From: an uncultured Gemmatimonadales bacterium | GTDB lineage: Bacteria > Gemmatimonadota > Gemmatimonadetes > Gemmatimonadales > Gemmatimonadaceae | Assembly: GCA_963793305.1 (NCBI GenBank) | Contig: CAWBZV010000005.1 | Span: 352,001-416,000 of the forward strand | Length of the DNA stretch: 64,000 nucleotides | Reading direction: 5' to 3' | Part shown: positions 21,833 through 32,191 of the stretch, in pieces | Position numbering within the stretch: the first letter of the stretch is position 1 | Layout of the letters: each line of letters begins with the position of its first letter | The notes under the pieces: generated by a model | Told to the model about the DNA's origin: nothing | Database searches by the model: none | What the model saw: only the letters and a program-made list of their open reading frames with translations | Position numbers and translations under genes: made by a program

Positions 21833-24580
21833 TTACGCGGTCACGACGCGGTCACGCAACATCACACGATTGATGAGCGTATCGAGGACGTCGGCTTCGA
21901 GCGGTTTCGCGAACACGTACCCTTGCGCGAGGTCGCAACCGAACGCGAGGAGCTCGTCGCGCTGTTGGACGGTCTCGACACCTTCCGCGACGGTGCGGAG
22001 GTGCAACATGTCGCCGAGCGCGATGATCGTTCGCGCCAATGCGGCATCCGTTCCGCCACGGCCGACGCCGTCGATGAACGTCTTGTCGAGCTTCAAGATG
22101 TCGATCGGGAATCGTTGGAGATACGACAGCGACGAGTACCCCGTGCCGAAGTCGTCGATCGCCAACCGGACGCCGATCGCTTTGAGCGCCCGCAACTTGC
22201 GGAGCGTCGACTCGGTGTCCTGCATGATCACGCTCTCCGTGATTTCCAGCACAAGGCGCTCGGGCGCGAGACCGGAATCCTCGAGCGCGGCCATGACGTC
22301 GTCGGCCAGTCCCGGATACTGCAGCTGGCGTCCCGAGATATTCACACTAATCGACAGCGGCTCGGATCCGTCGGCGGACGGCACGAACCGCGCCCCGCGC
22401 CGACACGCTTCGCGTAGCACCCATCGCCCGATCGGGACAATCAATCCCGACTCCTCGGCCAACCCAATGAATTCCAACGGCATCACCTGGCCGCGCTCGC
22501 TGTGATTCCACCGAATCAATGCCTCGACGCCAACGCAACGCGTCGTCGTCAGCTCGACAATCGGTTGATACACGAGCCGGAACTCCTCGCGCTCCACCGC
22601 CCGTCGTAAATCGGCCTCGAGCTCCAGCCGATCCAACAGCGCCGCATGCATTTCGGGCGCAAACACCGCGTGCAATGCGCCGCCGCGTGCTTTGGCGCGA
22701 TACATGGCCACGTCGGCATTGCGGAGCAGCTCATCGGCCCTCGACGCCGAGCCCCCGCGCGCGATACCAATGCTCGCCGACGCAATCACATCCTTTCCGT
22801 CGAGCTGCACCGGCGCCCGCATGGCTGCCTCGACCCGCTCCACAACCGCCAATGCCTCGGCGTCATCATGCACGGCTTCGAGCAGTATCGCGAACTCATC
22901 GCCACCGAGTCGCGCCACTGTATCGTGCCCGCGCGTGGCAGACATGAGCCGTCCCGCGACCGCGCACAGCAGTCGATCGCCGGCCGCATGCCCGAGGCCG
23001 TCGTTGATGGCCTTGAAGTTGTCGAGGTCCAAGAAGAGCACCGCGACCCCGGACGCATGCCGCTCGGTACGCGTGAGCGCATGCTCGACTCGATCGCGGA
23101 ACAGGGCGCGGTTGGCGAGCCCCGTGAGTGCGTCGTGGAAGGCTTGGTGCGTGAGCTGCGCTTCGAGGCGCTTGCGTTCCGACACGTCGCGGAAAGCGAT
23201 CACCGCGCCGACGACCGCGCCGTTCTCGCGGATCGGCGTACTCTCGTAGGCGACGTAGAACGTCGTGCCATCCATGCGCCGGAAGGAGTCGTCGTCGACC
23301 CGGTGCACGTTCCCGTCGCGCAGCGCGGTCTCGATCGGGCAGTGACCGCCGCTGTGCCGCGCGGTGCCATCGGTCGGATGCACGATGGGGTGGAGCGCCT
23401 GATCGAGCAGCGCCGGGGGCTCGTAGCCGAGCATGCGCGCCGCGGCGCGGTTGCAGAACATGGCGCGGCCGCGGAGGTCGAGCCCGACGATGCCTTCGCC
23501 GACCGAGTCGAGAATCAGCTCGTTGGCGCGGGCGAGGTGGGCGATGCGGGCCGCGGCGCGACGACGCTTCGAGGCGTCGATCACCGTCGCGATGATGATG
23601 ACGGCGAGCACGCTGATCGCGCCAATGACCAGCGCGGCTTCCGTCCGGAATCGCGCGACGGCGCCCGCGATGGCTTCGTCCTCGTCGATCGCGCGTACGA
23701 CCGCCCAGCCGGCGCCCGGCACGTGCGTCGTGGCGGCGACGATCCGGCCTCCGCGGATATCGGTGAAGCGTCCGGCGGTATCGATGCCGTGCGCCGCGAG
23801 AATCCAGAGGAGCGGTGCCTCGCTCCGGCGCACGGCCAGCCCGAACGGCTCCGATGGCGGATAGGCCGAGGGGCTCAACACGCGATAGACCATCGTGTCC
23901 GATGGATCGCGGGCGATCAGCTTGGTGCGCGCCGTGGCGGTGCCGCCGGTCTCGCGCATCACGTACGGAAAGAGCGCCGAGCCCGGGCTGATCGCGACGA
24001 CGGTCGACCACGCGGTACCGGCGACGGGCATGATGAGCGACAGGCGCGCATTCCCGGACGGCAGCAACTCCGGGCCGACAATGCGCTCGCGGCGCGCCTT
24101 CGGCATATCGGTCGCTGAGCGTCGCTCGGCGTCTGTCAACGTATCGGATCCGTCGGCGGCCGCGACCACGCGACCGACGTCATCGACGGCCCACACGGAT
24201 TGATAGCTGTGGCGTCGCCGGAGCGTTGTCAGCGCCCACACGAGCGCGCTATGCGCCGCGGTCTTGGCGACCGCGCGATCCGGCGCTCGTACGGCCGCTC
24301 CTTCGAGCTCGGCGTACGCGGCGACATACCCCGATGCTTCGCGCGCGTCGATCCGCCGTTCGTCCAGCCACGCGTCGATGACCGACGACGTGAGCTCGGC
24401 GTTCGCGGTGAGTTGTTGCTGCCACTGCGCGAGGGCGAGGGCGCGAAGATGGGTGAAGCGGGCCCGCGCGATGGCGTTGCCGCCGGCGAGTACCACGACG
24501 AATCCCACGGCAGCCAGGAAGGCCCAGAGGGGGCGGCGGGACGCGCGAGGGGAAAGGGCCGGAATGCGATCGAGCGCCAT
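21833..24580 (-). CDS. Membrane sensor c-di-GMP enzyme: Cache-like, PAS, GGDEF and EAL domains
   Basis: HDALTGLANR, ARLGGDEF, GVEALIRW, IDDFGTGYSSL; two TM helices. Confidence 0.92.
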   Translation of the reverse strand: MALDRIPALSPRASRRPLWAFLAAVGFVVVLAGGNAIARARFTHLRALALAQWQQQLTANAELTSSVIDAWLDERRIDAREASGYVAAYAELEGAAVRAPDRAVAKTAAHSALVWALTTLRRRHSYQSVWAVDDVGRVVAAADGSDTLTDAERRSATDMPKARRERIVGPELLPSGNARLSLIMPVAGTAWSTVVAISPGSALFPYVMRETGGTATARTKLIARDPSDTMVYRVLSPSAYPPSEPFGLAVRRSEAPLLWILAAHGIDTAGRFTDIRGGRIVAATTHVPGAGWAVVRAIDEDEAIAGAVARFRTEAALVIGAISVLAVIIIATVIDASKRRRAAARIAHLARANELILDSVGEGIVGLDLRGRAMFCNRAAARMLGYEPPALLDQALHPIVHPTDGTARHSGGHCPIETALRDGNVHRVDDDSFRRMDGTTFYVAYESTPIRENGAVVGAVIAFRDVSERKRLEAQLTHQAFHDALTGLANRALFRDRVEHALTRTERHASGVAVLFLDLDNFKAINDGLGHAAGDRLLCAVAGRLMSATRGHDTVARLGGDEFAILLEAVHDDAEALAVVERVEAAMRAPVQLDGKDVIASASIGIARGGSASRADELLRNADVAMYRAKARGGALHAVFAPEMHAALLDRLELEADLRRAVEREEFRLVYQPIVELTTTRCVGVEALIRWNHSERGQVMPLEFIGLAEESGLIVPIGRWVLREACRRGARFVPSADGSEPLSISVNISGRQLQYPGLADDVMAALEDSGLAPERLVLEITESVIMQDTESTLRKLRALKAIGVRLAIDDFGTGYSSLSYLQRFPIDILKLDKTFIDGVGRGGTDAALARTIIALGDMLHLRTVAEGVETVQQRDELLAFGCDLAQGYVFAKPLEADVLDTLINRVMLRDRVVTA

Positions 24581-24657
24581 GCTTCCCTGGTGGAGGACCC
24601 GTGCGCGTAACCTGTGCTGCCGTAAGACGATCTGGCGTCGACTGACGCCACGAGCCG

Positions 24658-26049
24658 TTACGAGCCCGAAGGCTTGGCGAAGCGGTCGGACGTCGCTGGG
24701 CTGGTCACTGGCCCGGTCGCCGGGCCGTCCGTGCGTTGGATCCGCGGGATCGAGCCCGGGCCAAGCGGCTTTGCGACCGTCGACTCGCCTGACGACGATG
24801 GAGGCGTCGACACCGGGGTCGGCTGCGCGACGGGCGCCGACGCCGTGTCTGGCTTATCCTCTGGTGAGGCAACGGTTTGCGTGTCTTCTTGCGCCTGCGT
24901 TGATGGCGTCGTGTCGGCCGCCGAGCCATGAGACGCCACCGCGGTCGTGTCGGCTGCGGTAGTCGCCACGGTCCGCTTGGATTTGGACCCGCCGCGACCC
25001 ATGAGCATCACCGCGATCAACAGTACGGCGGCGACCGCTACCCCGATGCCAGCTGCCCGCGCAGGGTACCGCTGCCAGTACGGCCGAAAATCATCGCCCG
25101 TCGGCGCCGCCCTGCGAGAGCTCTTTGGTTCGAGCGTTCGCAACTCGACGAACGGATCGTATCCAGGCACGGACCGTCGAGGCGCCTGATCCACCAGTAC
25201 CGGCTCCTCCTCAGGTTCCGGCTCTGGCTCCGGTTCCGGCTTTTCTTCCACCACGGGTGCCGGCTTCGCCACCACGGGCGCTGGCTTCGGCGCGACGGGT
25301 GCTGCCGGCTTCGGTGCGACGGGTGCTGGCGGCTTCGGTGCGACGGGTGCCAGTGGCTTCGCCGCGACGGGCTCTGGCTTCGGCGGAGGCTCATTCTCAA
25401 TCGGTGCCCGGTCGAGAACCGGCCGCTCGATCTGCTCCGTTGAGACACGCTTCGGCGCCGCCTTCGTGGGGAAATCCCCGAAAGCCGCATCGAGCACGCT
25501 GTCGATCTCGGCGGGGGTCTCCGCCGAGGGTCGTCGCGGAGGCTCGGCTGGCGCCTGGACCGGCGGCGGTACGGGCGGCTGGACCGGCGGCTGCACCTGC
25601 GCCTGGATCTGTGGAGCGACTTCCGCCTCGACGACCTCTCGGAGGTCTTCCCAGAGCGCAGTATCCGCCGTGCCAATCGTCGCGGTGCTTGGCTCAGCGT
25701 CGGCCGGTTGGGCGAGCGACTCCAAGACGGGCGCTCTCGCGCGCTCGAGCTCCTCCGGCGAAGGATCACGCCCGTAGAGGTAGGCTTCGAGCACGGCGGG
25801 AAACGCGACGATCTGCCCCGTCTCGTAGATCCGCGCGTGCCAGTCGTCGTTCACGCGCGCGTCGGTCGCATCGCGCAGCGCCGCGTAATAGTCGAGATAG
25901 TCGCCGTACGCGTCCGCGCCGAACTCGTAGAGGACGCTCCAGCCATTGACGCGCAGCTGTCCGCTCTTCCGCGCGGACACATTGCCCGCCGGCAGCTTCA
26001 GCGCCCACGGCGCGAATTCTCGCTCGAACGCCTCGATCGCCCTTTTCAT
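24658..26049 (-). CDS. Hypothetical membrane-anchored protein with a Pro/Ala/Lys-rich linker
   Basis: Globular N-terminus, repeated PVAPKP, EPEPEP, one TM helix and a Ser/Thr-rich tail. Confidence 0.65.
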   Translation of the reverse strand: MKRAIEAFEREFAPWALKLPAGNVSARKSGQLRVNGWSVLYEFGADAYGDYLDYYAALRDATDARVNDDWHARIYETGQIVAFPAVLEAYLYGRDPSPEELERARAPVLESLAQPADAEPSTATIGTADTALWEDLREVVEAEVAPQIQAQVQPPVQPPVPPPVQAPAEPPRRPSAETPAEIDSVLDAAFGDFPTKAAPKRVSTEQIERPVLDRAPIENEPPPKPEPVAAKPLAPVAPKPPAPVAPKPAAPVAPKPAPVVAKPAPVVEEKPEPEPEPEPEEEPVLVDQAPRRSVPGYDPFVELRTLEPKSSRRAAPTGDDFRPYWQRYPARAAGIGVAVAAVLLIAVMLMGRGGSKSKRTVATTAADTTAVASHGSAADTTPSTQAQEDTQTVASPEDKPDTASAPVAQPTPVSTPPSSSGESTVAKPLGPGSIPRIQRTDGPATGPVTSPATSDRFAKPSGS

Positions 26050-26089
26050 CCTTACGGGAGAGACGATCGAGATGTAGCTTCCGCTACAC

Positions 26090-26380
<291 letters not shown>

Positions 26381-26385
<5 letters not shown>

Positions 26386-26550
26386 TGCTCCGCTTCGCTC
26401 CGCATGACCGCATTTGCCGCAAACTACCGCGGCAAATGCCATCGGTTCTCCTCCGGGGGGAACCACAACTGCCCCCCCGGACCCCCCGACCACGCGTCGA
26501 TCGACAGTCTCGGGGTCCGCTTGCAACCGATAGGACGGCGCAGCCGTCCA
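26381..26550. repeat. Hairpin cluster after the tRNA, including the G/C-run module shared with 6591-6638
   Basis: ggtcatgc...gcatgacc; gcatttgccgc...gcggcaaatgc; cggttctcctccgggggg...cccccccggacccccc; ggacggc-gca-gccgtcc. Confidence 0.7.
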
Positions 26551-26558
26551 TCGCCGAG

Positions 26559-26973
26559 TTAGGGCTTCGTGGCCGGGATCGAGTCTTCTGGTAGATCGCG
26601 GAACGCGATGATATTCTCGAGCAACGACCACTCGAGCAACCCGGTCTCGGGCGACCCGATACGGAATGGCTGCGAGTACACCGGCCGCTCGAGGGCCCGC
26701 TCCGCGACCAGCCGATATTCTTGGCTGAGCGTGATCGGCGTGAAGGTGAATGTCTTCACCTCGGTCCCGGGCACAGTCCCGAGCATCTCGGCGAGTGCCC
26801 CCGCCGCCCTGCACGACGAATACCGTGATCTCGGTCGGGACCGCGAGATTATTCGTGATCTCGACGCCGACCGGATGTGGCCTGTCGTCTTCATTACCTT
26901 TCTTCTGAGTCGACGCGCAGCCCAGCGCCGTCAGCATGATTCCCGCGATCGCCGCCCGCCAAATTGTTCGCAT
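26559..26973 (-). pseudogene. Hypothetical lipoprotein, frameshifted near 26790-26802
   Basis: MRTIWRAAIAGIMLTALGC (lipobox)...VEITNN...TVFVV continues in another frame as EMLGTVPGTEVKTFTF...YRLVA. Confidence 0.6.
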
Positions 26974-27009
26974 GTCTCGAATCTGTTTGTTCTTCGCTCC
27001 GGACGCCAG

Positions 27010-27813
27010 ATGACGCGTATGGACCAGACCGCCACCGCCGCGTACCCGCCGGAGACCGTTGAAGGTTGGTATACACTGCATCAGTTGTTTCGGATCGACA
27101 TGGCCGCTATGCGCGCCCGCCGCGCGGCCGAACGCTCGGCCCACGCGCTGTCCGAGCTCGCCGCGCCGCCGGACGGCGGGGGATGGAGCGTGCTCGTCGA
27201 TGTCACGGGCTCCGCGGCGGACCTCATGCTCGTGCACTTCCGGCCAACACTCGGCGCCCTGCGCGCCGTGCAGCGTCGTCTCGCGTGCGATCCACTCTTC
27301 GACCATTTGTCGCTGGTCTACTCGTTCCTGAGCGTGACCGAAGCCGGCTTGTACGCGCTCTCGGCCAAGGCCGCGGCCGAATCCGGCGCCGACTATCGCG
27401 AGGGGATACAGCCACGCGTGGCGCTGGAGCGGGAGAGCCCGCACGTCCAGCGGCGGCTCTACCCCGAGCTCCCGGCCGACATGCCGGTCGTGTGCTTCTA
27501 TCCGATGTCGAAGAAGCGTCACCCCGGCGAGAACTGGTACGAGCTCTCGTTGGATGAGCGGAGCCGGCTGATGCAGGCGCACGGCGCGACCGGCCGCCGC
27601 TATGCCGGGCGCGTGCAGCAGATCATCACGGGGGCGATCGGCCTGGACGCGTGGGAGTGGGGCGTGACGCTGTTCGCGCGCGACGCGCTCGACATTAAGA
27701 GACTCGTGACCGACATGCGGTTCGACGAGGTCAGCGCGCGGTATGCGGAGTTCGGCCCGTTCTATGTGGGCGAACGCGTGACCCCGGACGCGTGGCTGGC
27801 GACGCTGCCCTAG
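27010..27813 (+). CDS. chdC: Coproheme decarboxylase ChdC/HemQ (chlorite dismutase family)
   Basis: EGWYTLHQ, CFYPMSKKR, ENWY, LMQAHG..GRRYAGRVQQIITG, DAWEWGVTL, MRFDEVSARYAEFGPFYVG. Confidence 0.82.
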   Translation: MTRMDQTATAAYPPETVEGWYTLHQLFRIDMAAMRARRAAERSAHALSELAAPPDGGGWSVLVDVTGSAADLMLVHFRPTLGALRAVQRRLACDPLFDHLSLVYSFLSVTEAGLYALSAKAAAESGADYREGIQPRVALERESPHVQRRLYPELPADMPVVCFYPMSKKRHPGENWYELSLDERSRLMQAHGATGRRYAGRVQQIITGAIGLDAWEWGVTLFARDALDIKRLVTDMRFDEVSARYAEFGPFYVGERVTPDAWLATLP

Positions 27814-27875
27814 CCACTCTGTGACATAAAGCACTTGACGGCTCGCGTCCCCGGGTGCATTGTAGTCTCACCTTT

Positions 27876-29309
27876 ATGAGACAAAGTACTCTTCAAGGCG
27901 AACTCTACGCCTCGGCCGCGGCGGCCGCGATCCTCGGCACGGCGATCTGCTACGATGCGCGCCCCGGCCTCAACTGGTCCCTCTGGACCCTCCTCGTCGC
28001 GACCGAGCTCGCGATCTTCGCCCGCGCACGCCTGGGCGCCAACCGCGCCGCCTTCAACGTGACGATCGCGCTGGCGGTGATCCTCGGAGCCGGGGCGGCC
28101 GTCACGACCAACCCGGCCTCGATCGCGCTGATCCTCATCACGGTCGCCACCCTCCTCGGTACCGCCGCCCGCCTCGCCGCGGGCACGCCGGCCCCGCTCC
28201 TCGGCGTTCGCGAGCTGGTCCGGATGCCACTCCGCGCAACGCTCGATGCGATCCGCGAGAGCTACGCCCGCGTCGAATCGACCGCCCGGGTGATGTTCTC
28301 GGACGCCGGCGCCCACGTCACCCGAGGCGTCGTCATTGCCATTCCCGTCGTCGTGGTCTTCGCCGCGCTGCTCGCGGGCGCCGATCCGACGCTCTCATCC
28401 TGGTTGCATGCCCTCTCGAAGCTCTTGAGCGACTGGTCGTGGTTCCCGCGTTTCGTGTTCTTCTGCGTCCTCGCCGCGCTGTCCCTCGGATCGTTCGGTC
28501 TCGCCGCGGGCGGCCTGATCACCGCCTCGCCCCCGGCCAGCACGTCCGGCGCGCGGTTCGTGCTCGGAGATACTGAACGCCGGATCGTCGTCGGCGCCGT
28601 CGATGCCTTGTTCGCGCTCTTCCTCGTGCTCGTCGCGTTCGTCAGCCCACCACAGGGGCAGTCATACACATTGTACGTGCACAACGGCTTCTCCCAGCTC
28701 ACGATCGTGGCGACGCTCTCAGTGATACTGGTCGCGGTGCTGCACAACGGCCGGCCGCGTAGAGGGACAGCGTGGGGCACGCTCGCGCTCCTCGCCGAAT
28801 GCGAGCTCCTCGTCGCCTCGGCGCTCCACCGCATTGCCGTCTACCAGCGCGACTACGGCTACACGGCGCTCCGCATGTGGGTGACCGCGTACATGCTGCT
28901 CGTGGCCGCGCTGCTCGTCCTCGTGGCCTACGAGGTCGCGCGCCCGGTGCTCGTCGACGCGCGCCGGTTCGTTCGCCGCGGCGCCGTGCTGAGCGTCGCC
29001 GCGCTCACCGTCATGGTCTACGGCAATCCCGACGCGTGGGTCGCGACGCTCGAGCTGCACCGGTACCAGACCACCGGCAAGGCCGATGTCTCGTACCTCT
29101 CCGAGCTGTCGGCCGACGCCGTGCCCTCTCTCTTGAGAATCGCCGCCGCCCTTCCACCGGGATGCGCTGACCGCCTTCGTCTCATACGACACGCAGTGAT
29201 CACACGGCCCATCGCATGGTATGAATGGACCGTACGAGGATCACGCGCAACCCGAGCGCTCGAGGGGTACCACACAGAGACCGCGGATTGCCAGGTGCAG
29301 CCATGGTGA
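27876..29309 (+). CDS. DUF4153/DUF4173-family multi-pass membrane protein
   Basis: GLNW, ALLAGADP, YVHNGFSQL, YGYTALR, YLSELSADAVP. Confidence 0.75.
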   Translation: MRQSTLQGELYASAAAAAILGTAICYDARPGLNWSLWTLLVATELAIFARARLGANRAAFNVTIALAVILGAGAAVTTNPASIALILITVATLLGTAARLAAGTPAPLLGVRELVRMPLRATLDAIRESYARVESTARVMFSDAGAHVTRGVVIAIPVVVVFAALLAGADPTLSSWLHALSKLLSDWSWFPRFVFFCVLAALSLGSFGLAAGGLITASPPASTSGARFVLGDTERRIVVGAVDALFALFLVLVAFVSPPQGQSYTLYVHNGFSQLTIVATLSVILVAVLHNGRPRRGTAWGTLALLAECELLVASALHRIAVYQRDYGYTALRMWVTAYMLLVAALLVLVAYEVARPVLVDARRFVRRGAVLSVAALTVMVYGNPDAWVATLELHRYQTTGKADVSYLSELSADAVPSLLRIAAALPPGCADRLRLIRHAVITRPIAWYEWTVRGSRATRALEGYHTETADCQVQPW

Positions 29310-29406
29310 AATATCAGACACTCGTGCTGCGCCTGGCGTTACGTCGCATTGCCAAACTCGAAGGCGCACCACGCAATGGCCTCCACCTCGTGCCACCCAC
29401 GCCGCG

Positions 29407-29850
29407 TCACGTGCGGCTCGTGCCGGCGAGCGGAGCGAGATCGGGTTCGATCCACCTGCTGCGCGCGTCCAATGACATCAAGCACTCGCGCGAGTAGTAC
29501 GCGTATGGCAGCTGCCGGTCCTCGCACTCGTCGACCACCCGGTTGACCAGCGCGGCCAGCGCCTCGGACACGCCCGCCCGGCACACCGCCCCCGAAACGA
29601 GCCACACGTAGAATCGCGTCAGCGTCTCGTGATACCCACTCGTCGGGGTCGTGACGATGCCATGCGCGGCGTTGTACGACTGTATCGCGTCCCGCACGTG
29701 GTCGAGCGCCGCCTCCGGTCCGTACCAGAGCACATACCACGCGGCCACGGTCAGGTGCATGCGATGCGTCCACTCCCCGCGCGGCAACTCGTGGGACTCG
29801 AACGCCGCGATCAGGTCGTGCACCGCGTCGGTAGTTGGATACGCGCTCAT
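29407..29850 (-). CDS. Conserved hypothetical protein
   Basis: WTHRMHL, GYHETLTRF, YYSRECLMS.DARSRWIEPDL. ATGA-coupled to the Lrp gene. Confidence 0.7.
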   Translation of the reverse strand: MSAYPTTDAVHDLIAAFESHELPRGEWTHRMHLTVAAWYVLWYGPEAALDHVRDAIQSYNAAHGIVTTPTSGYHETLTRFYVWLVSGAVCRAGVSEALAALVNRVVDECEDRQLPYAYYSRECLMSLDARSRWIEPDLAPLAGTSRT

Positions 29851-30317
29851 GCCGCGACCACGTCGGTATCCGGGAGCGGCACGATCACCGACTCTTTGAG
29901 CGTGCGCAGGACGACCGTCGTCCGCGTGCGCACGATGCCCGGCACGGCTTTGAGCTCGTCGGTGAGCAAATGATCGAGATCGGCGGTGCCCGCGCACCGC
30001 ACTTTCAGGAGATAGTCGTAATCGCCGGCGACGTGATGACACTCCTGAATCGCCGTCAGCCGCGCGACGCGCCGCAAGAACGCCGCCCGATTGCCGGGCC
30101 GCTCGAGCGTCACCGACACGAACGCGGTGAGCCCCGCGCCGACCGCTTCGGGATCGACCAGCGCCGCGTATCCGCGAATCACGCCATCGGCCTCCAGCCG
30201 ACGCACGCGGTCGGCCGCGGCGGGCCCCGTCATGCCGAGCGCGACACCGAGCGTCGCCCAACTCTCACGGCCCGCGATCTGGAGTCGCTCGACGGCCTTG
30301 ATATCGATAGTATCCAC
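29847..30317 (-). CDS. Lrp/AsnC-family regulator
   Basis: RVRRLEADGVIRGY, ECHHVAGDYDYLLKV. Confidence 0.92.
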   Translation of the reverse strand: MDTIDIKAVERLQIAGRESWATLGVALGMTGPAAADRVRRLEADGVIRGYAALVDPEAVGAGLTAFVSVTLERPGNRAAFLRRVARLTAIQECHHVAGDYDYLLKVRCAGTADLDHLLTDELKAVPGIVRTRTTVVLRTLKESVIVPLPDTDVVAA

Positions 30318-30468
30318 GCTGATATACTAATTATTAGTTAGTAAACAACGCAAGTACCTGGCGAATCAAATTAGCAATAAATCAACCTATCAATTCATAG
30401 GCACATTCGATTTGCCCTCGCTCGGGTTTCGTACCGACAATTCGCCTATCAACAACCGAGACGCCAGT

Positions 30469-31443
30469 GTGACGACAACGACGAATGGGAACGGCACGCT
30501 CCTGATCAGACAATTCCAGTATCTCGTTGCCCTCGCACGAGAACGTCACTTCGCGCGCGCCGCCGCGGCCTGTCACGTGACGCAGCCGACGTTGTCGAGC
30601 GGCATCAAACAACTCGAAGAAAGTCTTGGCGTGCTCGTCGTCGAGCGCGGCCAGCGCTTCCGCGGACTCACGCCGGAAGGCGAGCGCGTGCTGGCGTGGG
30701 CCCGCCGCATCACCGCCGACGTCCAGTCCTTGCGGCAAGATGTCGACGCGACCCGCGGCGAGCTCTCCGGCCGGCTCCGGGTCGGCGTCGTGCCGTCGGC
30801 GCTGCCGATGATCGCCATGCTCACCGCGCCGTTCGCCGAACGGTATCCAGGCACCAGCATCACGGTCACATCCCTCACGTCACGCGCCCTGGAGCGCGCG
30901 CTCGAGGAGTTCGAGATCGACGCTGGCGTCACGTACCTCGAGGATGAGCCGCTGGGCCGCGTCGAGGTCGTGCCGCTCTATCACGAGCGCTACGTGCTCG
31001 TCACGCCCACGCGGTCGTCGATCGGCGCCCGGGCGCGCGAGACCGTGACCTGGCACGAGGCCGCGTCGCTGCCCCTCTGTCTGCTCACGACCGACATGCG
31101 GCACCGGCGCATTATCGACGGCCACTTTCGCGAAGCGGGCGTCACCCCCGCGCCGCGCGTCGAGGCGGACTCGATGGAGGCCGTCTGCGCGCACGTGCGC
31201 CACGGCCTGCTCTCCGGTGTGCTCCCGCAGGCCGCGCTCACGATCTTGGGCGATACGCCGGGCCCGACGTTGCGCGTGATTCCGCTGACCGAGCCCGCGG
31301 CCTCACACGCCGTCGGGCTCGTGACGCTCGACCGCGATCCGCCGACGCCGATCGCCGCGGCGTTCCGTCAGATCGCGCGGGAAATGGATATCGAGGCCGT
31401 CCTCGATCCGTCGGCGCGCACCGCGACGCTCAAGATAGGATGA
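30469..31443 (+). CDS. LysR-family regulator (start uncertain)
   Basis: HFARAAAACHVTQPTLSSGIKQLEESLG followed by a substrate-binding domain. Confidence 0.9.
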   Translation: MTTTTNGNGTLLIRQFQYLVALARERHFARAAAACHVTQPTLSSGIKQLEESLGVLVVERGQRFRGLTPEGERVLAWARRITADVQSLRQDVDATRGELSGRLRVGVVPSALPMIAMLTAPFAERYPGTSITVTSLTSRALERALEEFEIDAGVTYLEDEPLGRVEVVPLYHERYVLVTPTRSSIGARARETVTWHEAASLPLCLLTTDMRHRRIIDGHFREAGVTPAPRVEADSMEAVCAHVRHGLLSGVLPQAALTILGDTPGPTLRVIPLTEPAASHAVGLVTLDRDPPTPIAAAFRQIAREMDIEAVLDPSARTATLKIG

Positions 31444-32191
31444 TGCTGAGGCAGGTGGCCGCCGCCTCGGCCTTCTCGAACTCCGAGATGTCGACCGCGA
31501 TCGGCTGAAATCCGGCGCACACGAGACGCTCCCGTGTGCGCGGCGCGCTGGCGGGCACGACGAGCGCGTGACCCACGATCACCGCGTTGGCGCCGAACGC
31601 CTCATCGGGATCGACGGTGATCACGCGCAGCCCGTCGAAGAGCGCCGTTGGGACCCACTCGGGGTTGATCAACACCGCATGGGGCCCGATCGCCGTGCAC
31701 GCGCTTTTCAAATGCAAGCACTTGGTGAGCGGCACGCCGATCACGCGATAGCCGGCGGGTCCGAGCATCTTCGTCAACTGCTCGACGGCGGCAGCGTTGG
31801 TTCGTGCGGTCTGCCCGACGTACAGGGTCGTTCCAGCCCGCATGACGTCCCCGCCGTCGAGCGTCGCCGGTTCGCCGAGCGCCTGCACGGTTCTGTACCG
31901 CCGCAGCACCGGTGCCATAGCCGCGGTTTCGCGCCGCCGCGACTCCGCCCCCATCATCGACACGATCGCGACCGAGTCGAGCACGATCGCCGTATCCTCG
32001 ACGAACACCGAATCCGGCTGGTCATCGAGCGCGGGGAGCAACACGACATCAGCGCCCGCGGCCGCGAGCGCCGCCCGATACGCCGCATGCTGGGCCCGCG
32101 CCCGCTCGATATCGATCGCCTCCCGTTCGAGAAACGTGAGCTCGCAGCGCTCCATCGACGCGCTCGGCGCTCTCGTGATCGCCGTGATCAC
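31430..32191 (-). CDS. Dimethylarginine dimethylaminohydrolase (amidinotransferase fold)
   Basis: PDSVFVEDTA, LDGGDV, LHLKS, EFEKAEAAATCLS. GTGA overlap with the CopD stop. Confidence 0.85.
   Translation of the reverse strand: MITAITRAPSASMERCELTFLEREAIDIERARAQHAAYRAALAAAGADVVLLPALDDQPDSVFVEDTAIVLDSVAIVSMMGAESRRRETAAMAPVLRRYRTVQALGEPATLDGGDVMRAGTTLYVGQTARTNAAAVEQLTKMLGPAGYRVIGVPLTKCLHLKSACTAIGPHAVLINPEWVPTALFDGLRVITVDPDEAFGANAVIVGHALVVPASAPRTRERLVCAGFQPIAVDISEFEKAEAAATCLSIILS

Noticed and set aside
25200..25390. Tandem ~21-bp repeats as a non-coding element
   Set aside because: They encode the PVAPKP/EPEP low-complexity linker of the 24658-26049 protein.
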